This document shows positions 37,110 to 45,028 of a DNA stretch of 45,028 bases, piece by piece; position 1 is the stretch's first letter, and each line of letters starts with the position of its first letter. Source of the DNA: an uncultured archaeon. GTDB lineage: Archaea > Asgardarchaeota > Lokiarchaeia > Sigyniarchaeales > SOKP01. Location: NCBI GenBank assembly GCA_964508365.1, contig CAZDTP010000031.1, positions 1 through 45,028 of the forward strand, read 5' to 3'. Under the pieces are notes generated by a model. It worked only from the letters and a program-made list of their open reading frames with translations, was not told the origin of the DNA and did no database searches. Both the position numbers and the translations under genes were made by a program.

Positions 37110-38558
37110 TTATATATAAGTTTGAATTAGTTCATTCAGGTTTTTAGATAATTTAGGTAAATTTTTATCGATTTTATCTAAATTTAACTCTTTTTCCATG
37201 AACAAAAGGAGGTATAAGTTATATTTCTCAACTGGTATTCTTTTAAAGATTATTTTTTTTGATTCGGAAGTTATTCCAGAAGAAATTAAAAAATCTTGCT
37301 TTAATAGTTTAAACTCTTTAAACGTTTTATATAAGGTTTGGAAGTGAGGGGCAGATATTTCAAAAACTTTTTCAGAAATACCGTGCCTAGAGAAATTAGA
37401 GAGTATAATTCCATTTTCGTTGAGTAAAAGGATTGCATCGGAACTTATTTTTTTAGCGAAGTTTTTTAATTGATTTTCAAACAATTCTCTATTAGGACTT
37501 AATTGTGATAAACCGTAAGAATAAGCTGATATTAATGACCAATGATCAAATATAGAAGTCTCGAAAATCTTCACAAAAAACCTTTCAGAGATTTCCTTTA
37601 TGCTTACATTTACAGTTTTAATATTTTTTTTAATATCCTTCGCGTTTTTAATATCAGGATCAAACTTATTCAGACAGATAACTATAGGAGGAAATTCTTC
37701 CAATTCGATAAGAGATTTAATGATGTTTCCAAATAATTCAATCGCTTCTGTTATTCTTTCTGAATCTTGAATGTCGATAAAATAAAAAAGTAGATCAACA
37801 TTATAGAGGTAAACTTTTCTTTGTTCAAGAAATAAATCTCTATACTTCTTTTGACCTCCTAAATCCCAAAGTGATATAATAGAATTTTGTTCATCGAATA
37901 CTTTTTCTTCACTTCGTGCAACTCCTTTAGTTGGAAGAGTTTTGATAATCTCAGAATATCTTTGCTTAATGGCATGCAAAAAACTAGTTTTTCCAGCTCG
38001 ATCCAATCCTGTCATAAGAATTTTGATTTGTCTCTTTAAGGAGAAAGGATCCTTTATTTCATTAGTAAAATTGAATAATACTTCTTTTAGTTCATCCATA
38101 ATTGTTTGATTTTCTTCTAACGTTTTAGCTAGTTGAACTTTTGACGCAGATTTATCTATTATGACTCTTAAATACTTCATGTTTTCATAGAAAAAAACTC
38201 TATCATCTTCATTTATTAGAATGGTAATCGTTGCTGCTTTAGCGTTTCCTCTTGCCGTCGGATCAAGAATTAAAAAGAAATAAGTCAACCCATTCAGTTT
38301 TAAGTCTGGAAAAGGTAATATCCCGAAATAATTAACGGTATCTGACGAAATTCCATTTTGGTAGGCAGAATCTCCCATTAATAGTGAAATAGTTTTCATA
38401 GCTATTAACAAGCGAGATGATTCGTCCATTGTTATTGGCCAGTAGATCTTAGGTGTGGGACCATTATCGTCGAATAAACTTAAAACGATTGATTTGATAA
38501 TATTGTTTTTCTGTTCTGACATAATCCTATTATAATCTTTAATCTTCAATACTGTCAA
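37110..38558 (-). CDS. Folliculin/NPRL2-like longin + Rag/Arf-like small GTPase + C-terminal roadblock-like domain (probable start ATG 38522)
   Basis: FDDNGPTP..YWP, ILPFP, LDPTARG; GLDRAGKT, WDLGGQ, NKFD, Rag-type G5 TSIFD; C-terminal DAILLLNENGIILS. Confidence 0.87.
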   Translation of the reverse strand: MTVLKIKDYNRIMSEQKNNIIKSIVLSLFDDNGPTPKIYWPITMDESSRLLIAMKTISLLMGDSAYQNGISSDTVNYFGILPFPDLKLNGLTYFFLILDPTARGNAKAATITILINEDDRVFFYENMKYLRVIIDKSASKVQLAKTLEENQTIMDELKEVLFNFTNEIKDPFSLKRQIKILMTGLDRAGKTSFLHAIKQRYSEIIKTLPTKGVARSEEKVFDEQNSIISLWDLGGQKKYRDLFLEQRKVYLYNVDLLFYFIDIQDSERITEAIELFGNIIKSLIELEEFPPIVICLNKFDPDIKNAKDIKKNIKTVNVSIKEISERFFVKIFETSIFDHWSLISAYSYGLSQLSPNRELFENQLKNFAKKISSDAILLLNENGIILSNFSRHGISEKVFEISAPHFQTLYKTFKEFKLLKQDFLISSGITSESKKIIFKRIPVEKYNLYLLLFMEKELNLDKIDKNLPKLSKNLNELIQTYI

Positions 38559-38827
38559 TGATTTAAAAGAAGTTAGCTAAAGAAACACTCTTCTAAATCT
38601 AATCATAAGCCTATTTTAATCCTAATATCTTATAAGACCATTAAAAATAATATATTATACTAATATCTAATATATCAAAACTAAATCCTTTTATAAATTT
38701 ATTCAAGTTATATTATTCGATTTCAATCTAAACCAATTAAAGAAAGAACATAAAAATCGCTACCTATATGTCAAATCTTTTATTTAGCATGTAATTAGAA
38801 TTAATAAAAAATTAATAATAGTTTTTA

Positions 38828-39301
38828 ATGACAAGCATTTATTTTTATAATTTAATCATAAAAATTAAAATTAAGAGTCCTCAAATGTTTGACGAAATTA
38901 TAATTCAATCTTTACCAGAAGTCCTCTATAAAGATAAAAAAGAGGGAATTGTAAAGAAGAACAAATTCGATCCTAATCGAATATATGATACGCTGATTAG
39001 AGAGACGAGTCTTTCTAAAAACGACGCTGAAAAAGTGACTCTTGACCTTTTCCGTTTTATTGCTTCATCTAACCTTAAAATTTTAACAGCACCACTAATA
39101 AGAGAGTTGGTTAGTTATACTCTTTCAAAATTTGGGTTTGAAATAGCTCGTTTACAAAATACAAGAATAGGATTTCCTTATAAAGATTTAGAAAATAAGA
39201 TTGATGAGTGTCAAAATGTTGATGAACTAAAAGAATTTATTTATCATGGAGTTGTTGATGAATTTAATGAAGTTAGAAAACTTATTGGAAACCCTGACTA
39301 A
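38828..39301 (+). CDS. Stand-alone ATP-cone protein resembling the N-terminus of archaeal NrdD (probable start ATG 38885)
   Basis: FDPNRI..TLIRET.LS...AEKV...LKILTAPLIRELV...L...GFE..R...TRIGFP..D. Confidence 0.75.
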   Translation: MTSIYFYNLIIKIKIKSPQMFDEIIIQSLPEVLYKDKKEGIVKKNKFDPNRIYDTLIRETSLSKNDAEKVTLDLFRFIASSNLKILTAPLIRELVSYTLSKFGFEIARLQNTRIGFPYKDLENKIDECQNVDELKEFIYHGVVDEFNEVRKLIGNPD

Positions 39302-39400
39302 TCTAGCTAATAAAAGAACATTTAACCTAAAAATACCACAATTAATCAATATATCAATACTCTCTTTATATTATTTTTAATCATTTACTTCATTTAGGAT

Positions 39401-40198
39401 ATGATTGATCCTTATTCTTTTACTTCAATTAAACAATTTTTTTTAGAGATTTACAACTTATTTAAAGAATCGAATTCCGAAGTTACCGAATTGTGGTTCG
39501 AGTTTTCCGACATTGATTTTTTTAAGACTTTTGACAAATATGAACTCCAAGATTATATAAAAAGATTTGAATTTATTACAATTCAAAAAGGAAATTACAT
39601 ACCTTACGTTGTAATTGACAAAATTGCATTTATTACGAGATGTTTCAACTATTTGGACTTAGATATAAACCAATTATCATATTTATTAAATTACGACGGT
39701 TTTGAAGCTCTCATTCAAGAGATTTTATCTCAAAATCATTATAAGACAATAAAGAACTATAGGTTTGCAGATAGATCTAAGTTAAAATATGAAACTTCTC
39801 AAAAACGATATGAAATTGATGTTATAGGAATCTATCAGAATTACATCCTAGTTATAGACGCTAAACAATGGAAACGTAAAGATTCTTATTCTGCAATGAA
39901 CAAGGCTGCAAATTTGCAATATCAGAGAGTAAAAGCCCTTAAAAAAAATCCTGAAATTCTATCTAATTTGATTCAAGAAATCTTAGGTTTAACCTATAAT
40001 TATAAAAAACGCTTACCATTTATCCTAATTCCGCTTATGGTTACAATAGAATCAAATTGGATAAAAATTAATGAAAATTCAGTTCCTCTTGTGGCAATTC
40101 TAAATTTGAACTCATTTTTACAGGAATTATCAGCAAACTTGCAATATTTTAAAACTGTTAATGTTGAAAAAATGACTGTACAAAAGCAGTTACATTAA
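39401..40198 (+). CDS. PD-(D/E)xK (Mrr/NERD-like) nuclease-fold protein
   Basis: FEALIQEIL...Y, RYEIDVIG.....LVIDAKQW and LQYQR. Confidence 0.8.
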   Translation: MIDPYSFTSIKQFFLEIYNLFKESNSEVTELWFEFSDIDFFKTFDKYELQDYIKRFEFITIQKGNYIPYVVIDKIAFITRCFNYLDLDINQLSYLLNYDGFEALIQEILSQNHYKTIKNYRFADRSKLKYETSQKRYEIDVIGIYQNYILVIDAKQWKRKDSYSAMNKAANLQYQRVKALKKNPEILSNLIQEILGLTYNYKKRLPFILIPLMVTIESNWIKINENSVPLVAILNLNSFLQELSANLQYFKTVNVEKMTVQKQLH

Positions 40199-40218
40199 TG
40201 TTTAGAACTAACTTTTTT

Positions 40219-41268
40219 TTATTTTGATAAACCTAGATATTGCTTTACTCGTTTCTTTACAATGCTGACTGCGAAATGTATAATTCCTGATTTTATCTTA
40301 GGGTGAGAGAAAATAACTAAGATCATATCGTCTCCAGGGGGTTTTTTAAAGCTGATAGGCGCTAAATCTAATACCCCATCAGTGCCCCTTATGGATATAT
40401 TTAATAAAGTTCCAGCATTTAAGCCTTCAATAATATCTTTTCCCATCATTGACAAGTTGGCTGCAATTGTCGCAAAAAGTGAGTCTGAAATCCTTGAACT
40501 AAGAGCTGAGGCTAATATTATCCCGTCTTTTTTAATAATTGCAGAAGCTTCAATGTGTAAGTCTAATTTTAACAAATCCTTTAAGATTTCGTTCATACTC
40601 GAGGGAGGTATAGTAGCCTTAGATTTTGTTGAAGCGTCTACCCCCTTTTTAACAGGTTTTAAGGACTTTACTGTTATTTTGTTTGACAAGAATGAAAGCA
40701 CTTTAGTCATATCTTCTTCCAATTGTTTCTGCTTTAGTAAGGTTGACTCAGTAATTTCGGAAGCAACTGCATCTTGTGTAACTATTTTAGAACTAGAACT
40801 TGGTACCTTTCCTGATTTTTTAGGTTTTCCATAAACATTTTTATCAGCAATTATCGAACCACGGAATGGTTGTGGAGCAATCTCTTTTAGAAAATCTAAA
40901 TCTTCTTCCACATCGTCTAAATTTTCCTCGAAATCATCTTCTTCTATTTCCTCTTTTACATCTGTCAAATCTTCAAAAATTTCGACATGATCATTATTCA
41001 ATGCTTTAACTTTCGGGATTTCGTGAAGAACAAATTCTTTTGGTTTAGTTGGTTCTTCCTTATTTGATGTTTTTTTCTGTGGTCTAGCCGCTTGTGTGTG
41101 TGTTTTTGTTTTTATTTTTTCTTCTTGAGATTCTAAGACTTCTTTACTCTTTGTAGTAATCTTAATCCTTGGCGCTCTACGCGATCTTGGAAGTAATGCT
41201 CCGCAGTTTCTACAAATATTGCCCGCGGATTCATTGTTAGTAGTACCGCAATTAGAACAAATAATCAA
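40219..41268 (-). CDS. Zinc-ribbon + acidic disordered linker + C-terminal roadblock/LC7 domain protein
   Basis: CSNC...CRNC; E/D-rich tract; IEASAIIKKDGIILASAL...LFATIAANL...G.L..ISIRGTDG; GGAGG RBS. Confidence 0.88.
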   Translation of the reverse strand: MIICSNCGTTNNESAGNICRNCGALLPRSRRAPRIKITTKSKEVLESQEEKIKTKTHTQAARPQKKTSNKEEPTKPKEFVLHEIPKVKALNNDHVEIFEDLTDVKEEIEEDDFEENLDDVEEDLDFLKEIAPQPFRGSIIADKNVYGKPKKSGKVPSSSSKIVTQDAVASEITESTLLKQKQLEEDMTKVLSFLSNKITVKSLKPVKKGVDASTKSKATIPPSSMNEILKDLLKLDLHIEASAIIKKDGIILASALSSRISDSLFATIAANLSMMGKDIIEGLNAGTLLNISIRGTDGVLDLAPISFKKPPGDDMILVIFSHPKIKSGIIHFAVSIVKKRVKQYLGLSK

Positions 41269-41398
41269 AAAGTTTACCTCCTCGACCCATTATTAAAATG
41301 AGAAAAATTAATTCTTAGAAAGATTTAATAATATATAGTACTAATAAATAAATTTGATTTTATTAATGTTGACAATAAAGTTTTAAAGAGAGTAGAAG

Positions 41399-42373
41399 TT
41401 AACTGTACAAAATCTCTTTTAGGAGATTAGCAAAAGTTTCAATTTCTTCTTTGATTATATTAGTATCTTGCTTGAGCATAAGGACATAATAAGGATTCAT
41501 CCCCTCTTTAAATGTAAGCGTTTTAAAGATAAAATTCTTTCCATATCTCTGTACAACCATATGATTTTCTTCTTGTTGGCGTCCTGGTTGTACTTCCGTA
41601 AAGACAAAACTGTCATTGAGGGTTAGGAAATACGGAGTTGAAGCTGCTAGGAGATTTTTCGTTTCTTCGTCTTTATAATAGCTTCCAACAATAAGAGAGT
41701 TATCATCGAGTAATACAACTCCATCAGAATTGGTTTTTTTACCAAATGCTACTATTGTTTTTTCAATTAATTCTGATTTAGAATACAAACTTAATAATAT
41801 TTCAGACATTGCTTTAATTATACTAGGCAGATCATAAATTGATGTCGTGTAATAAAAGATTTCTTTATAATCTACGGCTTTCTTTATTTTTTCCTTGATT
41901 TCTACTTCGAGATTCTTCATTTCGTTTAGGGCATTTCTTCTCAGTGCCGGATCGTATTTATGTAGGAAGACATATATTGGTGGAGCAATCTCGAGTTTGT
42001 TAAAGCGCTCAACTACATCTTTTAAATAACTAATGGCTTCGGGAATCCTCACACGACTTTGGACATCTATAACATAAATCGCAATCTCAGTATCATCAAA
42101 ATATTTTCCAGGATTTTTCAAATAAGAGATTCTATAACTAATCTGTCCGCCGAGGTCCCACTCTGCAATTTCTCTTCCCATAAATTCGAAAATTCTTCTC
42201 TGAGCACCTCTTGTTGGCTTGAGAAATGCGATTTTCGAAAACTCACGTTGTATTCCGTGAATTATGGTTGTTTTTCCTGCGTTGTCCAACCCTGTGAAAA
42301 GGAGTTTACTTGGGCTAACTGTTTCTCTTAATTTCTTTTTATCATCGTCTTTAGTTAAAAACTGAATTGTCAA
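41399..42373 (-). CDS. Rag/Gtr-like small GTPase with C-terminal roadblock domain
   Basis: GLDNAGKT, WDLGGQ, G4 HKYD (His-type, as in Rag), G5 TTSIYD; C-terminal DGVVLLDDNSLIVGS; GGTGA RBS. Confidence 0.88.
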   Translation of the reverse strand: MTIQFLTKDDDKKKLRETVSPSKLLFTGLDNAGKTTIIHGIQREFSKIAFLKPTRGAQRRIFEFMGREIAEWDLGGQISYRISYLKNPGKYFDDTEIAIYVIDVQSRVRIPEAISYLKDVVERFNKLEIAPPIYVFLHKYDPALRRNALNEMKNLEVEIKEKIKKAVDYKEIFYYTTSIYDLPSIIKAMSEILLSLYSKSELIEKTIVAFGKKTNSDGVVLLDDNSLIVGSYYKDEETKNLLAASTPYFLTLNDSFVFTEVQPGRQQEENHMVVQRYGKNFIFKTLTFKEGMNPYYVLMLKQDTNIIKEEIETFANLLKEILYS

Positions 42374-42535
42374 AATTATCTCACCTGTATTAGCTAAAAA
42401 ACTTCTAATATATATTCTTAAATAGAATATGCATATACATTCTTATAAAATTAACTTTAACTTAAAAAGCAAACATCTAGTTTAAAAGAATTTTAAAGGT
42501 TATTTTTTGGATAAAAAAACAAAAAAAATTCCCTT

Positions 42536-43096
42536 TTAAAATTCAGTGGGCATCTTATACTTGATATTTTGTTTAGTTTTAAAAATTTCTTTCAATCGAT
42601 CAACGACTTCTTGAGCTGAAGAAGCTCCATATATCGTATCACTTCTTCTGTCATCGATTTTTTTTCCCGCCATTTTAGAGGACCACCCATTAATCTCACC
42701 AGTCAGTGCAATAATAGGTTTTCCATAAATCCAGGCAAAACACATTTCAGAAAGAGTTCCGGCTTTTCCTTCTACAGCAACGCAAGCATCACCACTCAAG
42801 ACTACAACAACATTTCGAGCCTGAGAAAAAGGGACAGGAATCACAACATCTATAAATTTATTTGCTAGACTCTTATCTTCATAAGGAATGATGCCTATGG
42901 TAAAACCACCTTCTTGCTTAGCGCCCTTACAAACTGCTTCCATAACACCATATAATCCACCACACGCCACGGCATATTTATTAATAGCTAATAACCTTCC
43001 TAATTCTATTGCTATTTCTTCTGTTCTTGGTTCGATTTCGCTCGTACCAATAATAGAAATAGTTCCCTTAATGTTTCTTTTAAAATTAAAACTCAT
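42536..43096 (-). CDS. LOG/SLOG family protein (TIGR00725-like)
   Basis: IGTS, CGGLYGVMEAVCKGA...GG.TIGIIP, ARN..VV.SGD and GKAGTLSE. Confidence 0.9.
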   Translation of the reverse strand: MSFNFKRNIKGTISIIGTSEIEPRTEEIAIELGRLLAINKYAVACGGLYGVMEAVCKGAKQEGGFTIGIIPYEDKSLANKFIDVVIPVPFSQARNVVVVLSGDACVAVEGKAGTLSEMCFAWIYGKPIIALTGEINGWSSKMAGKKIDDRRSDTIYGASSAQEVVDRLKEIFKTKQNIKYKMPTEF

Positions 43097-43163
43097 ATTT
43101 TATAAACTCGTTTTATTATTTTAAGTTCTCTTATGAGTCTAAGGCTTTTATTTGTTAATGAAT

Positions 43164-44129
43164 TTAATGATTTTTTAAATCTATAACTTCGATTGAATCT
43201 TTTCCATCATTTATTTTTAAAACATTCTTGGTGATTATCTCGCCAATCACGGTCGCTGTCAAACCGTAGTTATTAAAAATTCTTAAGATTTCTTCGAAGT
43301 ACTCTTGCTGTGTCGTCAAAATATAGGATGTTGTCAAAAACATTTGGATATATGTTTCTAAGGTATATTTATTATTTTTTAATAGTGGAGGAATCTCTAT
43401 TTCATCAACATTAATGTTTGCTCCAACTTTAGAATAATTTATTAGTTGCAAGATTGTTCCAAAAATACCTCCATTGGAAATATCTTTAGCGGAATTTACG
43501 ATTTTTAGCTTAGCAATTTCATTCATAGATTTCCTCTTCTTCAAAACTTCTTCAGAACTTTTATAAGTTACTGTATCCCAATGGAGGTTACTGGCTCTTC
43601 CAACTTTTCCATTAAAATCTACAGCTAAAATTATCTTGTCTCTATTTTGAGCATTAGTAGCAGAAATATACTCGTCTCTCTTAATCTCCCCTATAACGGT
43701 CGAACTCAATTCGTTAAACCCTTTTATATTCGTGTGACCTCGAACTATTGGAACCTTGAACAATTTTGAACCTTTACAAATACCATCGATCATTTTTTGA
43801 CCAATGATTTGATCTCTGAATGATATAATTATGCTTACTGCTAACGGTTTTCCTCCACACGCATAGATATCGTCCACACCGACCAAAATTGAGCTAAATC
43901 CCGCGCCTGACGGAAAACTCTCTATATAACTCGTCTTTATCCTGTCAGTAGTGATTAATGTGAGCATATCATTGTCATTTTTAATAGCTGCAGAGTCTTG
44001 ACCTATATCTGAAAAAATTCGAGGGCTTTTATATGAATTTTTGTTAATATTTTGAACAAAAGGGCTAATCTTCGTTTTTTCTATAATGTTTCGATTAGAC
44101 CTTATATATTCAGCAATTTTATCTAGCAT
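43164..44129 (-). CDS. AIR synthase-related (PurM/selenophosphate synthetase-like) protein
   Basis: GQDSAAI, G...VGVDDIYACGGKP, VPIVRGHT, SAKDISNGGIFGT and GA.INVDEI. Confidence 0.88.
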   Translation of the reverse strand: MLDKIAEYIRSNRNIIEKTKISPFVQNINKNSYKSPRIFSDIGQDSAAIKNDNDMLTLITTDRIKTSYIESFPSGAGFSSILVGVDDIYACGGKPLAVSIIISFRDQIIGQKMIDGICKGSKLFKVPIVRGHTNIKGFNELSSTVIGEIKRDEYISATNAQNRDKIILAVDFNGKVGRASNLHWDTVTYKSSEEVLKKRKSMNEIAKLKIVNSAKDISNGGIFGTILQLINYSKVGANINVDEIEIPPLLKNNKYTLETYIQMFLTTSYILTTQQEYFEEILRIFNNYGLTATVIGEIITKNVLKINDGKDSIEVIDLKNH

Positions 44130-44210
44130 TAATGTTAGAGAATAAAGCTATATATAATTAAATTTCCTACCTTTTATTATTAAAAAATAATATACAAGAA
44201 ACTCCAGCCA

Positions 44211-45028
44211 ATGGATAAATTAATTGAATCCTCTATAATCAAAGGATTATTATTTTCTGCCTTCGATAAACTTGGTCCTCAGCCAATTTATATGTTTCCA
44301 GATCCTAAGGATGAAGATCAACTAAAAAAGACACATTTAAATAATGGAATAACGAATAACCTTGGAATTACCTTAAGAGATTACACTCAGATAGCGATTA
44401 AAAATATTACTCTTTTACTAGGGAATGGAAATATATGTAACCAAGATTATGAAATATTAAAGAACTACCAGCATTTTGGAATTATGCCATTTCCTGATTT
44501 CCATCTAACATCGCTAAGTTATTTTCATTTTATTAATGCTAAATTTTCAGAAATACCCTTGGCAAGTGCTTTTTGCATATTAATAGACGAAAAAAAAAGA
44601 GGTTTCTTATATAATAATATAAACAGGTTAAAGAATGTAATTACGGATTTTTTTTCTGAATTTGATAGTCGGATTACTAGAGCGCTATTACCTCAAGAAC
44701 AAGTTGTTGGAGATTTTAAAAAACTCTTGGAAAAAATAATAATCATTGAACAAACTCCTTCAACACCGATAACAACACAAAGAAAAATGAAAATTATTCT
44801 TTCTGGTCTTGACAACAGCGGAAAAACAAGCTTTATTATATCTGTTGATAGAAAATTCTCTAAACTAATTGGATTAAAACCTACAATGGGAGCAGATGTA
44901 AGTTCGATAGAGGCTCTAGGAACAACGATCTTTTTGTGGGACTTAGGTGGACAAAAAAAATATCAAGAAAGATATCTTGATAAAGCCCAAATTTACCTAT
45001 TTGAAGCAGATTTGTTATTTTATTTCAT
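44211..45028 (+). CDS. Partial (runs off the window): folliculin/NPRL2-like longin + Rag/Arf-like GTPase
   Basis: Manual translation from ATG 44211: FSAFDKLGPQPIYMFP, IAIKNITLLLG, FGIMPFP, then GLDNSGKT and WDLGGQ. Paralog of 37110..38558, absent from the ORF track because it has no stop codon. Confidence 0.88.
   Translation, partial: MDKLIESSIIKGLLFSAFDKLGPQPIYMFPDPKDEDQLKKTHLNNGITNNLGITLRDYTQIAIKNITLLLGNGNICNQDYEILKNYQHFGIMPFPDFHLTSLSYFHFINAKFSEIPLASAFCILIDEKKRGFLYNNINRLKNVITDFFSEFDSRITRALLPQEQVVGDFKKLLEKIIIIEQTPSTPITTQRKMKIILSGLDNSGKTSFIISVDRKFSKLIGLKPTMGADVSSIEALGTTIFLWDLGGQKKYQERYLDKAQIYLFEADLLFYF

Noticed and set aside
39401-40198. Restriction-modification system
   Set aside because: No DNA methyltransferase nearby; the MTase at 32852 looks tRNA-directed.
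30703-43124. Tracked ORFs 30703..30915, 31366..31677, 32412..32687, 33746..33961, 34435..34752, 37542..37736, 40382..40834, 42059..42331 and 42888..43124
   Set aside because: Antisense or alternate-frame shadows of recognised genes.
1-45028. tRNA, rRNA, IS/transposase or integrase genes
   Set aside because: No cloverleaf-like GC-rich segment, rRNA-like block or DDE/tyrosine-recombinase ORF seen by eye. tRNAscan-SE and Infernal would be needed to exclude small RNAs.

Overview
AT-rich (~30% GC by eye) archaeal chromosomal window, very likely Asgard/Lokiarchaeia. This rests on six small-GTPase genes, many longin/roadblock domains, a eukaryote-type ubiquitin cascade and ribosomal protein eL13; it is an inference, not a database result. 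No rRNA, tRNA, CRISPR array or IS element was recognised. Order of content: (1) 0.1-7 kb catabolic genes (enolase-superfamily enzyme, PLP Ser/Thr dehydratase, two alpha/beta hydrolases, CocE/NonD). (2) 10.9-17.0 kb ubiquitin locus of two convergent units. The + unit is [longin-degenerate GTPase-helical repeats-nitrilase/amidase fusion]-JAB-E1-E2. The - unit is [7TM protein with a C4HC3 RING/PHD-like finger]-ubiquitin-like protein ending GG-Q. (3) A paralogous 7TM-C4HC3 gene at 21-22 kb flanked by two 33-34 aa one-helix micro-ORFs whose ribosome-binding sites lie in inverted repeats. (4) A 1,750-aa surface protein with a cytoplasmic longin+wHTH tail. (5) 37-45 kb cluster of Rag/Arf-like GTPases and roadblock proteins. 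Three GTPases in the window carry an N-terminal folliculin/SMCR8/NPRL2-like longin (uDENN) domain, and two of these keep the D-x-x-x-R-G arginine-finger-type motif. Best candidates for undescribed systems are the membrane-sensor-linked ubiquitin/amidase locus and GTPases with a built-in folliculin-like GAP domain. Domain calls come from motif reading only and need HMM or structure confirmation.
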